Assembly: GCA_028534125.1 (NCBI GenBank)
Contig: CM052817.1
Coordinates: forward strand, 2,110,001-2,174,000
DNA from: Lama glama
Taxonomy: Eukaryota
DNA length: 64,000 nt
Direction: 5' to 3'
How positions within the stretch are numbered: position 1 is the first letter of the stretch; each line of letters starts with the position of its first letter. The notes beneath the pieces were generated by a model. It worked only from the letters and a program-made list of their open reading frames with translations, had not been told where the DNA came from and ran no database searches. Of this stretch, positions 49,022 to 61,708 are shown one piece after another. The position numbers were made by a program, and so were the translations under genes.

Positions 49022-49521
49022 NNNNNNNNNNNNNNNNNNNNNNNNNNNNNNNNNNNNNNNNNNNNNNNNNNNNNNNNNNNNNNNNNNNNNNNNNNNNNNN
49101 NNNNNNNNNNNNNNNNNNNNNNNNNNNNNNNNNNNNNNNNNNNNNNNNNNNNNNNNNNNNNNNNNNNNNNNNNNNNNNNNNNNNNNNNNNNNNNNNNNNN
49201 NNNNNNNNNNNNNNNNNNNNNNNNNNNNNNNNNNNNNNNNNNNNNNNNNNNNNNNNNNNNNNNNNNNNNNNNNNNNNNNNNNNNNNNNNNNNNNNNNNNN
49301 NNNNNNNNNNNNNNNNNNNNNNNNNNNNNNNNNNNNNNNNNNNNNNNNNNNNNNNNNNNNNNNNNNNNNNNNNNNNNNNNNNNNNNNNNNNNNNNNNNNN
49401 NNNNNNNNNNNNNNNNNNNNNNNNNNNNNNNNNNNNNNNNNNNNNNNNNNNNNNNNNNNNNNNNNNNNNNNNNNNNNNNNNNNNNNNNNNNNNNNNNNNN
49501 NNNNNNNNNNNNNNNNNNNNN
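49022..49521. other. Assembly gap (500 N)
   Basis: Run of exactly 500 N, probably a fixed-size placeholder. Confidence 0.99.
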
Positions 49522-51821
49522 GAGCTCTGTGGGTGTCCCTGGTGTATGGGCCCCCTGGCTTTTTTTCCTAGTTGTTTTGGGGAGAACCCTCCCAGGATAC
49601 GCCACACGCAGGGTCTTCCGTGTGTTGGCTCACCCTCCGACAACTCCGGGCAATGGTGTTCAGCCTATAATGCTGGCTTTTAACTAGAGCTCTTAGTCCA
49701 CTTGTGTATAATGCATGTCTTGATACATTTATGTTGGAAGCTTCTATTCTATTTTGCACTTTCTATTTGGCCGCTGGTTCTGTATATTTTTCCTTCTCTT
49801 TCTTGCCTTCTTTTAGTTTATTTTCCCTGGGCTTATATTTGACGATTTTCAAGCAAAGAGAAAGTTGAAAGAATAGACAATGGCTACTTGTATGCCCTCC
49901 AATTAGATTTGTTAATATTTTGCCATATATGTGTGTATATATATATATAGACACATACACCTACACACATACACAAACTACAACACGCACACACACGTAT
50001 GTACATGTATACATGTGTGTGTATGTGCTGAAGTGCTTTCTAAAGTGCATTCTGCAGATTTACTCTCCTCCCAGTAGTGTCTAAGCGTTCTAGGCATTGC
50101 ACATCCTTGCCGGCCCTTGATAGTATCCTAGGTTTGAACTTTTGCCCGCCTGGCGGCTGTGAGGCGGCGTCTCGCTGTGGTTTGCACCTGCATGTCCCTG
50201 ATTGGCACGAGGGTGAGCACCTGGGCTTCCTGCCTTGTGACGAGCCCATCTGCTTGCGGACTGCCAGTTCTCGCTGTTCCATGCTGCTGTCATGCCTGCC
50301 TGCCAGCCCTTCCCTCTCCTGGTTTTTAGGGTCTACACTCCTGAGTTCTGGGAAACAAGATACAGCGCCGTGTAATGATTTAAGGCTGTCACTAGGGGCC
50401 GAAGGACTCTCCTCTAGAATTGTGCGGCATGGAAGAATGCTTCACGTTGCAAGCAGCAGAAGTGCAACCTAATGAATCTATTGGCTTCTACAGCAGACCA
50501 AACCCCAGGCAGCAGCTTCGGGTGGGGTGTGCTCTGGTAGCTCCAGGGTGTCACCAAAGACCCAGTCCTCAGCCTCTGCATGCTGCGTCTGCAGGCGTGG
50601 CTTGGCCTGGGCAGGCTCCCCTCACGTTCTCGTGCTGTTTGCCCATGACTCCCGAGGCTTTGGCTGTTTATTCACACACTCTCTGACCTGACTGAGTTGA
50701 CTTAGATCGCCTGAGCATCCTTGGACCAGTTTCTGAGGTTAAAGGATCAGGTTGGAGTCAGCTTCCCACAAACCACGTGGGCCTCAGACGGAAATCAGAG
50801 CAGATGGGCAGGGGGCGTGGATGCTGGGGCTCAGCCAGTAAACTCCCACCGTGGCAGACGCGGCCCAGCGTGCCTGGTGCTGGCCGTGGTGCTGGCCGTG
50901 GTGGCCGCTGACTTCTCGCTCTCCTCTGGGCGTGTGCCTGCGCACCAGATGGCCGCGCCTCCTGGAAGTCTGATTTGTGTCTAACTGCAGGACTTTTTCT
51001 CAACTATGAAGATTTTTTTCATACTATGGAAGATTAGCGCCATGAACACCCGCTTCCCTCCCACCTGGGTTCAACAGTTATCAACATACTGTGTACAGGT
51101 TCTTTCTCTCCTTCCCACCTTTCGTTTTTGGCTGATCATTTCAATGTAAGTTGCAGACATCATGACACTTAACCCTAATAAGGACATTGCCTACAGAACC
51201 CCAGTACCACAATCACACCTAAGAAAATTAACAGTCAATCCTCAGGTAACATCTATGACCCTGTCCAGATTAAAAGCCTCCAGCATGTCCCCCCAAATCT
51301 GTTTTGTATCTGTTAGTTTGACCCAAGATCCAACCGAGTTCCGTGCATTGCATCCCTTTCTTGTCTCTTTGGTGCCTTTTAACCGGGAAGCATCCCCCCC
51401 GGGGGGATCTTTTACACTGGAGCCGCAGTTCCTCTACACGTTCATTCTGAAGGGCTGGGTCAGCTGCCGTGGGTGAGGTCCACGTCCCGCCCTGGGCTGT
51501 TCCCCTGGTGGTGGTCAGCGTGTTCCTGTGCCCCTGGTCTTTTCTGTACGTTGGAAGTTAGGTGTGAGTCCTTCACAAGTGAAATTTCCCTTTTATTTTC
51601 CATAAGGGAGGCTGTGTTTCAGGGGGCACATACGTGAGGACATTTACCGCATTTGTTGTTTTTGTCTCCCCCCCCACTTTTCCTGCATTCTGTCTTTTGC
51701 TAGAGCATTTAAAGAAATTATTCCACTATGGCTCTTCTATTGACATATTTATACCTCTTTAAAAAACGTTTTAGAGGGTTTCCTTAAGCTTATATGTTTT
51801 TTCCTTCCCATCTTTAAAACT

Positions 51822-52550
51822 CGAAGTACAGTTGATTTACAATGCTGTGTTAGTTTCAGGTGTACAGCAGTCATTCATTTATACATATGTATATATGTTC
51901 TTTTTCATTATAGGTTATCACAAGAGATTGACTATAGTTCCCTGTGCTGTACAGAATAGATTTGTTTTTTAAAATCTATTTATATATATAGTGGTTAACA
52001 TTTGCAAATCTCAAACTCCCGTTTATGCCCTCCCACCCCCCCCCCAGTAACCATAAGGTTGTTTACTGTGCCTGCAAGTCCGTTTCTGTTTTGTAGATGA
52101 GTTCGTTAGTGTCCTCTTTTCTTTCTCTCTTTTTCTAGATTCCTCGTATGAGTGATATCATACGGTATTTTTCTTTCTCTCTTTGTTTGTATACAGCAGT
52201 CTGTATCTGCTAACCCTGGACTCCCAGTTTATCCCTCCCCACGCCTTTCCCCTTTGGTGGCCATGCGTTTGTTTTCTATGTCTGTGAGTCTGTTTCTGTC
52301 TTGTAAATAAGCGTATTTGTGTCCTTTTTCAGATCCCACATGTAAATGGCATCATCTGATACGGCGTTTGTCTCGGTCTGACTCACTTTCCTGAGTGTGA
52401 CCATCTCTGGGTCCGCCACGTTACTGCAGGTGGCATCATTTCATTCTCTGTTTATGGCCAAGTGTATATATGCCACGTGCATTGCATACGTGTGCCACGC
52501 GTGCTTTACCCAGGCGTCTGTCGATGGGCACTTAGGCTGCGTCCACACAT
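51822..52550 (-). mobile_element. Two nested or tandem L1 3'UTR fragments
   Basis: The block from tatagtggttaacatttgc to tagattcc..atgagtgatatcata recurs in a more diverged form after about 52185. Confidence 0.8.
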
Positions 52551-53379
52551 TTACGACGTATGTTTTTAAATAGTTGACCTGGCTGGGTGTGGACTGTTGA
52601 AAAGCGCCCTGGCCGGCCGTTATCTCAGTGGTGGGTCCTTCCGGGCTTGTTTCTGAGCTTTGCTGGGGTGGCTCCGGCCTGGCCCTTGTTCTAGGGCTGT
52701 GCAGGCTACTCTTAGCGCCTGGCCCTTCCTCCCAGCCTGACTGGGTGGCACACAGGCAGCTCCCAGCCCTGTGCTGCCCCCAGACTCTGCCCTCATCCCC
52801 CGGGTCCCCAGGGGCTGGCCTCCATCCTGCCCCGCCACGCCTGGCCTGCACACGGCGGCTTGGACTTTAGAAGACTTCAGGGGCCCCCACACACCCATCT
52901 GAATCTCCTTCGCACCAGCTTCCTCGTCTGCCCCACAGATTTCAGCTGCCGCAAGTGCCGCAAACTCCCCAGACTCTAGCGGAGCCCGGCGAGAACCCCC
53001 AGGCTGTCTTGGGCTCCACCCCCCAGCCTGTGGTTGGAAATCGCCTCTGGGCAGAAAGCAGGGGGGAAGTGGGGCCACCCAGCATCCCTCTCAGCACACA
53101 GCCCTGCCCGGCCTGCTGCCTGCTTGCGCTGCGCTGCCCGGGGTCCCGCCTCTCTGTCCTGCAGAAGCAGAGCGCCACACAGGCTTTCCTTTTACAGAAG
53201 GCGGTGAGCCGCATGCCCCCGTCTGCGCCTCGTTTTCCCATGACCAGCACACCCCTGAGAACTCAGAGGTCTCCTCCGTCCTGGGACCGCCTGGTGCCCG
53301 CCGTGGAGATGGACCTCGCTTCATCCCGCCGGCCCCTGAGGGAGGGCAGCAGGGAGGCCCCGCGGCGTGACAGCGCTAC

Positions 53380-54150
53380 CTCCGCCCTGATGAGTGCCCT
53401 TCGTGTGTGTGCGATTCCAGGCTCCAGGAAGGTGTCTTTGGGACGGATCTGAGATGGCTGAGCCTACAGGGAAAAGCAGCTGTGCTTTTGTCATGTGCTG
53501 CTCAGCTCCCCTCCAGTGCGGCACCGTTCTGCCCCCCTCTGGCAGCGGGCGGGGCTGCCTGCCCCTCGGCCCACCGCCCAGCCCTGGCCCCTCTGGGCGT
53601 CAGCGCTCTGCTGCGGAAGAGGCGGGGTCTCCAGGTGGTCTATTTGCACTTCTCTGATGATAAGAGAGGATCAGCCCATTTTTGTGTGTAGGGGGGCCTC
53701 TGCCTGCCTGTGCGTGTCTTCCTACAGCCTGCCTGTTCACGCCCTGCACTCTCCCCTCCTTCTGGGCCAGGTCGGGCCCTGCTCTCGAGGCTCCGTCAGG
53801 AGCCCTGCCGCGGGAGGGCCAGCCCTTTGCCTGTGACACGGATTGTAACGGTTTCTCCGCTCTTCGTGCTCGTGTGTTAGACGTTGCCGGCGCCCTAGTG
53901 CTCCACGTGCGTGCGTACAGGCTGCATCGTGGGGTCCCCAGACCTCCCTGTGCTGCTTCTGGCTTTGAGTCATAGTGAGGAGGGTGCTTTCCGCCCTTAG
54001 GTCACAAGGAATTCACCACAAATTTCCCAGGCAGTTGTGTCGCTCCCTGTGTCACACGTCACCCAAATCCACTGGTGCTTATTTGAGGGGATGCTCAAGT
54101 CCAGATCCAATTTTTCTTTTCCAGATGTTTTACCCAGTTTTCTGACAATG
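53380..54150 (-). mobile_element. Old GC-shifted L1 fragment
   Basis: ggtctatttgcacttctctgatgata..catttttgtgtgt and ccaatttttctttccagatg..cccagtttt are antisense L1 ORF2 3' motifs. Confidence 0.5.
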
Positions 54151-54979
54151 CTGATGTGTACTGAGCCCAGGGCACCTGAAGCCTGCGAAGGGTGAGCAAT
54201 CCCCTAGCCTGCGTTCCAGAAAACAGCCCCTGCCCCACGTGGCTTCGAGGACACCACGACGCCCCTGCTCACCTGTGGCAAGGCCAGACAGAGACCCTCA
54301 CAGCCCCTCTCTGGCCCAGTGGTCATCTGGAGCGCTGGTCCCCACTGCTCCCTGGAACCTGGATGCTCATCCCTTGACTTCGGTTATGCTGGGCTCCTTC
54401 CTCCCGGCGTCCCTTGTCCTCACTGAATTCTCTTATTTGCTGATTGTTGTTTGGTGATTCTCTGGTGTTTTTTTCTGATGACTGCCACGCACCTGAACAT
54501 GAAGATGTTCAGCGTCTCTCGGAACGTGATTGCCTGACCTCTCACCTCCTGCCTCCCCTGCTCCCTCGCCCCAGCAGTGGTGAGCCGCTCTTAACTGCCT
54601 CTAGCATCAAACCTCAGGACCTTTGCACCAGCTATGCCCTCACCCGAGTCATGGTTCCTGCTGCCTCCTGCAGCCAGTTTCTTCTTTCCCCATGATGAGG
54701 TGGAACGAGCAGCTTTTCCTGCCACGCCCCTCTGGGCTGCCTGCAAACCCCACAGGATGGGGCTTGAGGGGTCTCAGTGCCGTGTTGTGATCATCTCGGG
54801 TCCCTCGGGAGGCCAGGATCTCCCGCCTAAAGCGGTGAGGCAGGGGGCTTCCTGAGGGAGGGGCTGGCTGAGCGCCTGACTTAACTTGGGAGGTTTCCGG
54901 GGTTGTCTGTTCCCAGCGAAACATGGTCCAGGCTCAACGCACCTGGGCGTGCTTGCCCCCAGGAGGGCGGATGCCCAGC

Positions 54980-55490
54980 GGCCAGCAGGTTGTTTAGTCT
55001 CACCTGCCTCGCTGGGAGACTGACTATGCAGACAACGGCCAGACCGTATGAAGGCAGAGCGCTGACCCGCAGCCCGCAGCCGCGCCCAGGGGGCCGGCCT
55101 GCTGTGAGCCAGGCTCGCGCGAGGTCAGGCTCCTGTCTCCAGCAGCACCCCAGGAGCCGGACAGCAACCCCTGTGACAATCGGCCAGGACCCGATCAGTA
55201 ATGGACGACATCCCTAATCGTCCTGCTTCCAACTCAGACCCCAGAAGGCCCAACCTGCCCCTGACCAGTCACCTGGGTTGCCCGCTTTTCTGGTAGCCAG
55301 GTCCCCTGAGGCCCCCAGCCCCCATCAGGCACCCTGAGCCCCCTCTTCTCCCCTGGGAAGCTCCCAACTCCTCCGCCTGCGTCTCTGGCAAGCGCAGTGA
55401 CGGTGGCCGACCCCCTGCGCAGCTAGCTCTGAGCTGACTCTTTGCTATCTGAGTGGGGGCCTCTGCTTCGTCCCACACCCCTCTCTCACA
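54980..55490 (+). mobile_element. Diverged ERV1 LTR (MER34/39-like)
   Basis: gtgacaatcggcc, tctctggcaagcgcagtgacggtggccgacccc..agctagctctga resemble this LTR group. Boundaries uncertain. Confidence 0.45.
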
Positions 55491-55689
55491 GCAGGTGGAG
55501 GCCCCCTGGGGCCTGTCCTCTCCGGGGCACTTGGGTGGGAGGGATCGGCACCTGTGAGGGAACCCAAGCGCTTGGTGTCAAGGACCCCCAGGTGGTGGTT
55601 GATTGCCAGTGAAAGGGAGGTGGCAGGGGGCTCACGGGCCAGGCAGATGGTGGCCTGGCCATCTTCCCAACATCCCCCCAAGGTGGTCG

Positions 55690-56115
55690 TGGAGGCTCGG
55701 GCTGCTGTACTGAACCGAAGGACCACGGGCTGGCGGTTCAACATTGACTGTCTCTGGTTTCTGGAGGCCGGAGCCTGAGATCAAGGAGCAGGCCGGCTCC
55801 TGAGGCTGAGGGGGAATCTGCTCCAGGCCCCTCTCCCAGCTGCTCGGGGTTTGCTGGCCGTAGCCTTCTTGTTCTTTGGCTTCTAGACACATCACCTCGC
55901 GCTCCCTCTGCCCTCATGGGCCTTCTCCCGGTGTGCGTGCCGCCTGTGCAAATGCCCCGTTTACAGACTTCAGTTGGATCAGAGCTCACCCTGACGACCT
56001 CGGCTCAGATGATTACGTCTGTGACGCTCCTGCTGCCAAACAGGCCACATTCTGCGGTGCTTGGGTTTGGGACTTCCACCTCCAAATTTTTCAGGGACAC
56101 AATTCAGTTCATAAC
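55690..56115 (-). mobile_element. MaLR (MLT1-like) LTR
   Basis: tctggaggccggagcctgagatcaagg..ggccacattctg..gggacacaattcagttcataaca. Confidence 0.75.
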
Positions 56116-57127
56116 AGCACACCTGCTCCCTCACCCTCACTGGTTGAGCTCCGCCCTGTGGCCAGTCTTAGCTGCAAGGGGTCAGGGCGCGTGGTCCAGC
56201 TGGGGGCCCGGGAGGAGGAGGAAACCTGCTTCTATCACTGCCACAAATGCCCACAATGTGCCCGGTAGCAGGGGCCTCCTGTAGGCAGGGGGTGGAGGCT
56301 GGCCGGAGTGGCCCTCCTGGAAACTGAGCAAGTTTCCAGCCCTGTCCTAGGGCCTCACACACTGTCCGGTTTCATCGTTCCTCAGCCCTAGGAAGTAAGT
56401 ATTAACGTCTCATTTTATGGAAGAGGAGACAGAGAGTCAGAGAGGTTCGTTTCCTAGTCCCCCAGCTCATGCATGGTTGGGATGGGGACCCTCACTGGGT
56501 CTCCGCATGCCCAATGTCTCGCTCTCCTGGCTCCCTGAGGCCCCACTGCGGGGAGTGACTTCCTCTCTCCTTGTTTGTGTGTGCGGCTGGAAGCCAAGGC
56601 TGGGCAGGTACGCTGGCCGGTGCTGAGAGGAGTGTCTTGCATCCATGTGCATCAGGGCACTTGGCCTTTTCCCTGGGAGCTCTCAGGGTGATTCTGATGG
56701 AGCGAGGGTGCTGGACTGCTGGGACGGCCACTTGTCGACCGGGAGCTTGTGGAGAGGTGTCTGAACGGGAAGGGGGAGGCCACGTGGGCCCTGGATCAGC
56801 CAGGACGGGTGTGAGAGATGTGGGGACACATGCCTGGCGACTGATGCAGGGTCTGGGGAGCACCTAGGGGGTGCGTGGTGCCGGCGGACCTGCGCGACGG
56901 GTCGGGAGTGAGTCCATGCACGCAGCTCTGTGTCAGCAGGGACGGCAGTCCCATCAGCCTGTGTGTCCCGCAGCAGGGGGAACACAGCCCTCTTTTTATC
57001 AAGACAGAAAATAAAAACAGGAAAGGTGCTGAATGGCCTCTCCCAGGAGGTGAGGGAAGGCTGGGGTGGCAGGTGGGCGTGCTGGTTCCGACCCAGTGAC
57101 AGCGGCCAGGTCCCCGCCCTGTGGTTG

Positions 57128-57581
57128 TGTAACTGAGCAGGACCCTTCCCGGGACAGACCCTCCTCCTGCCCCTCCGCGGCAGCTCCTCCCTGAAGCGCG
57201 TAGATAGTAGTACCTGCGCGTTGAAGTCGCTAAACCCCCACCAAGAGGCAGGAAGCGTCTGCTGACGACCGAGCGCGCGGCCCCCAGACCCACTGGCGCC
57301 TGAGGATGGTCATGCCAACCCCGTGACCCCGCCCTGTGACCTGTCAGCAGCCACGCAGAGAATTGCCCATGAGCTGAAAACGCACCCTGGATGCCCTCCC
57401 TCACTTGGCCTGGAGAACGCTTCCCTGAAACCCACCCGGGGGGGGCCTCTGGAGCGCCGGCCGTCCCGGTCGCCCCGTGTGTGCCCCGCAGCGAGCGCTG
57501 CGCTTGCCTTCACCACGGCCCCGTGTCGGCCGCCGGGCCCTGCCGGGCGCGGTGAGCGGGCCGCAGTTTGGCTTGGTAACA
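57128..57581 (+). mobile_element. ERV1 solo LTR with a perfect 4-bp TSD, CpG-rich
   Basis: gttg|TGTAACTGAGCAGGACC ... GTTTGGCTTGGTAACA|gttg; TSD GTTG at 57124-57127 and 57582-57585. Confidence 0.88.
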
Positions 57582-60489
57582 GTTGCTGGGTCTGGCCATT
57601 CGATGGAAGGACAGGCCTGAGGCTTGGCTCTGGGGTCCAGCATGCTGGGGCACTTGGGGTTACACTGGCTGCTGCCGGCAGTCTCTCTGTGAGCGGAAAT
57701 ACCAGGGTGGAGCCACATGCTTGCCTGGCGGGAGAAGGGAGGGCAGGCAGGTGGCACGTGCAAAGGCCCCCAAGGGAGCATGCGCCGCTGGGCCCCAGAT
57801 GTAGGGCGAGGAGGAGGAGCTGGGGCCGCTGGAGGGCGGGCTCGGGCCACAGGAAGGACTGGAGGGCAGTGGCCCGGACTCTCATGCCCCTGCCACATTG
57901 ACATACAGAGCAGCCCCTCTTCCGGGGCCCGAATCCCAGGCCCCCAGACCGAGTCAAGCGAGGGACAGCTACCATGGGCTGACTCTGTGTACCCAGCCCA
58001 GTCAGCATGCCCAGCCCTTAGAAGGCGGCTTCTGCTCCACTGACCCAGAGAAGCTGAGGTTCAGCGAGGCCACGGCTTCCAGAAGGTCAGGTCAGGGCAG
58101 GTGTTGCCACCTCCTAGGACGAGGGGGAGCCGTGCTTCTCACCAAGCCAGGACCAAACCCGGGGTGCACATGAGGGAGGTTGCCACGGAAACAGCGGAGC
58201 TGTGATCGGTGACACTGACTCCTGCCACTTTCCGTGAGACAGCGGTGTAAATGTCAGGGAGACTTGGAGCGTGTGTGCGTGCACATGCAGGTACGTGCGT
58301 GCGGTGTGAATGCATGGGGTATGCACGTGTGCAGGCCTGTGTGGACACAGCTCTCCCAGCCATGTGCGCTGACGGGGGATCCTGGCAGGGGCCAGGCAGC
58401 TCCCTCCCTCCCTCCCGGCAGGCTGGGGCTGCCTGGCCTCGACCGCCTTCTTTCTCCTGGGCCTGAACGTGCGGAGGCAGGAAGGCAAATTAAAACTGGG
58501 GGAGGCTGAGCCAGAGGCCAGGACCTTCCCAGAGGTGGGAGGCCACTGGCAGCATGAGAAATGAGTAAATGGGTGGACAAGCCCGTGGAATCCTTGCCGC
58601 AGCCCTGCCCAGCGGATGTTGCCAACCAGGACCGTGTCCGCTTCCTCCAGGGCCGGGGTGCTCCTCCAGCACCCTTGCTGTCCCTGCGCATTTTCTGAAC
58701 ACCTGTGCACCCTTCAGGGCTCAGCTCAGGGGCCATCGCCTCCAGGGGACCTTCCGGACCCCTCTTTGGGGCCCCTCCTCCCCGTACTTGGCTGCAGCAC
58801 TCACTTCTTTCTTCTGTCTCTCTTGCTGACCTGTGAGCTTCCAGAGGGCGGGGACCGGGCTGCCCAACCGCCCCCAGGCTCCGCTGTGCAGCCAGGGAGC
58901 TTGGAGGAGCCGTCCAGGGGCACAGTGTGTGGAGGGGTAGCCGGGGGCTCCCGGGAGTGGCAGCGGCTCTAACACTGCAGGAGCTGCCTCAGCCTCGCTG
59001 AGCCCGGATGCCCTGCTCCTGGTGGGGTGGGGTCCCCGGGTCCCTGGGTCCCCCCTACATCTTTGGTTTGCCCCCGGAGGTAAATCCCCGCGTTTCATTC
59101 CCTCCCTGCCCAGAGCACCTCGCCTGTGACAATCCAGTGGGGCTGTGGGTGCTGGGGGGCCCAGACGGAGCCTCGAGGGTGTCTGACACATCAGCTCAAG
59201 AAAAGAAACAGAAATAGTTTCTATTTTTGCAACTTCTTTAAAAGAAACAACATCATCAATGTGTTAAAAATAAACGATTTCTACTGTAAAAGGACAAAAC
59301 CACCCCAGACAACCCAGAGCTCGTGGCGCGAGCTTGGCTGACGGCGCTGGAGTCTTGCTCACAGCTGCCCGAGGGTGGGAACTGTCCAGCCCGGGACAGA
59401 CCTAGCAGTGCCGGCAGTGAGGTATCAGCCCTGCCGTGCGCCGGGGCTGGAGAGGACCCGGACAGGGACATGGTTCTGCCCCGAATGTGTCAAGTGAGCT
59501 GAGACAGGCCATCTGTCATTGGAGAGAATGCATCTACGCAGGCAGGCTGGTGGAGGATGGGAAGTCAGGGAAGTCTTCCTGGAGGGGGTGACCTGCACGT
59601 GCTGAACTTTGAAGGGCATTCCAAGGAGAGAGAATGCCTTAGAGAAGGAGCCACTGTGGTGTGTGTGTGGGACCTGTGTGTAAGAGGGCTGCTCACAAGC
59701 CAAGGACCCCTTGGTTCAAGTTCCACTCCATCCCTTAGGAGCTGTGACCCCAGGCCTGCTGCTAAACTTTTTGGGCCGTCTTCTCATTCTCAAAACACGA
59801 GCAGTAAAAGCGCACAGGAGGCTGAGCCATAGCCCAGGAGAGGCTCCTTCACTGCCGCGAGGTCAGGGGCAAGTTGGACCCCAAAGTCACATATGTGGCA
59901 GCCCAGACTCTGGCCCAGACACCCCCTCATCCTTCCCAGGAGGAAGATGAACTCGCAAATTCAGATTCCAGTCCCCTACAGGCCCTGAGATCTGCGGGGA
60001 GCCGTGAGCTTCATCGGTCATTGGTCACCAGCCCTGGGAGGCGCTCCTCCTGCCCTGGCCTTCCAGGAGGCTGGGGGCTGGGTGGGCACATCGGGCTTTG
60101 GGTGGAGGGGTCCCCAGGCCAGGCCCCCCATGGTGAAGCAATATGTCCAGGGCCTCCTGCTCTTCACTGTCCTTGCTGAATGCTCGCCTGTCTCCCCAGG
60201 AGGGGGTTGGCAGTACACAGGAGTCAGGGGCTCTTGGCTCCCCAGCCCCTCACTGCTGGCCACTCTGAGCCTCAGTTACTGGGCCGAGACTTCACCCACT
60301 GTTGTAAGGCTCTAGAGCCAAAAAGTGAAGTGCTGGGCGTGGCCGCGGGGTTCTGCAGCCATGACAAACATTCCCAGGTACCACCCCACCTGAGCTCACA
60401 CAACGCAGCCGGTAAGTGATGGGGCCCGCAGGACCAAACTCTGACATCGGCCGCCCTCTCTGGCTGCCTCGTAGCAGTCTGCGCTGGCC

Positions 60490-60775
60490 GTTAACAGCAA
60501 AGCACCACGGACAGGGCAGCTTGACCATCAGGCACTTACTTCCCACAGTCCCGGAGATCAGGGTGTGGGCGGGCACGGCTCCACCGGAGGCTTCTCTCCT
60601 TGGTGTATCTCCTTGGTTTTCCCCTGTCCTCCGCCTGCGTGTCTGGGCCCTGGGCTCCTCTTCTTGCAAGGACCTTGGCCCTGTTGGCTTAGGGCCTGCC
60701 CCATCTCCAAATACAGTCACATTCTGAAGTACTGGAGGTTAACACTTCAACATGTGAATTTTGGGGGTTCAGCCT
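60490..60775 (-). mobile_element. MaLR (MLT1-like) LTR fragment
   Basis: ccatctccaaatacagtcacattctgaagtactggaggttaacacttcaacatgtgaattttggggg. Confidence 0.75.
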
Positions 60776-61621
60776 GAGCAGCCCCTCTGCAGGGCGGGGC
60801 TCCCTCTCTGGGGCACCTGTTGGGTCTAGCGTCTGGGAGCTGCCTCATGACCCCGGCCCCCCTCAGCTGCTCTTGTCCATGCAGCTCGGCCAAGGCCAGG
60901 ACGAGCCTCTCCACCCCCAATCTGCCTTGGCTCTCAGGACCCTGGATGGAGCCCAGGTCCTCTTCCTGAGGTCTGGCTTGACCAGCCCTGCTGGTCTCCA
61001 TCTGCCTAAGGGCTTGGCAGGCTTGGCTGGTCCTACTGCGTGCCCCCATCTGCCAGCTGTTCAAAGCTCAATGGTCAGCAGAGCAACTTGGACCAGCCAG
61101 GGTGGCTGGGAAAGCTGCGCCCACCTCTCTAGGTCACTGGCCAGTGACATCACCCCTTCCTAGACCAGGACACAGAGGGTGTGGCAGGCCTGGCAGGAGA
61201 CCTCAGGCTCTCTTATGTCCCTGAGAACTCCAACAGGAAGGGACAGCGTGGCCCTAAAGGCCTGGAGAGAGGGCCGCCCCCAAGGATGGAAGTGCCTTTG
61301 GCTGCCTGCCTCCTCACACTCAGCCATCCCTGTGCCTCCCTCGCGGTGGTCCCTGTCTGTGTCCAAGGGCCCCTCCAGCCTGGGGCAGGCCTGGGCATTT
61401 CGAGGTCCTCAGCTTGGGCTTGGAGAGGGGGTGGAGCTTCGCAGGACTTGTTGAATGAATGAGTCGGAGAGTGAGCCCTGCAGTGCTGGGCACGCTGGGG
61501 TGGTAGGGGGTGCCCAGGCCTCCAGCACTGCCAAACCCTAAAGTGCTCAGGCTGTGGAGACAAGACAGGAGGGCGAGTGTCCTCGCTTCTGTGGAGGGGC
61601 CCCCAGGGCAGCCAGGGTAAC

Positions 61622-61708
61622 GGAGTGAGTGAGTGAGGGAGGGAGGGAGTAGGTGAGTGGATGAGTGAATGAATGAATGAGTGAGTGAGTGTGTGAAGGA
61701 GTGGGTGA
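61622..61708 (+). repeat. (GAGT/GAAT)n simple repeat
   Basis: gagtgagtgagtgagggagg..gaatgaatgaatgagtgagtgagt, seen directly. Confidence 0.85.

Noticed and set aside
48829..49687. Five long ORFs spanning the N run
   Set aside because: Artefacts of translating N.
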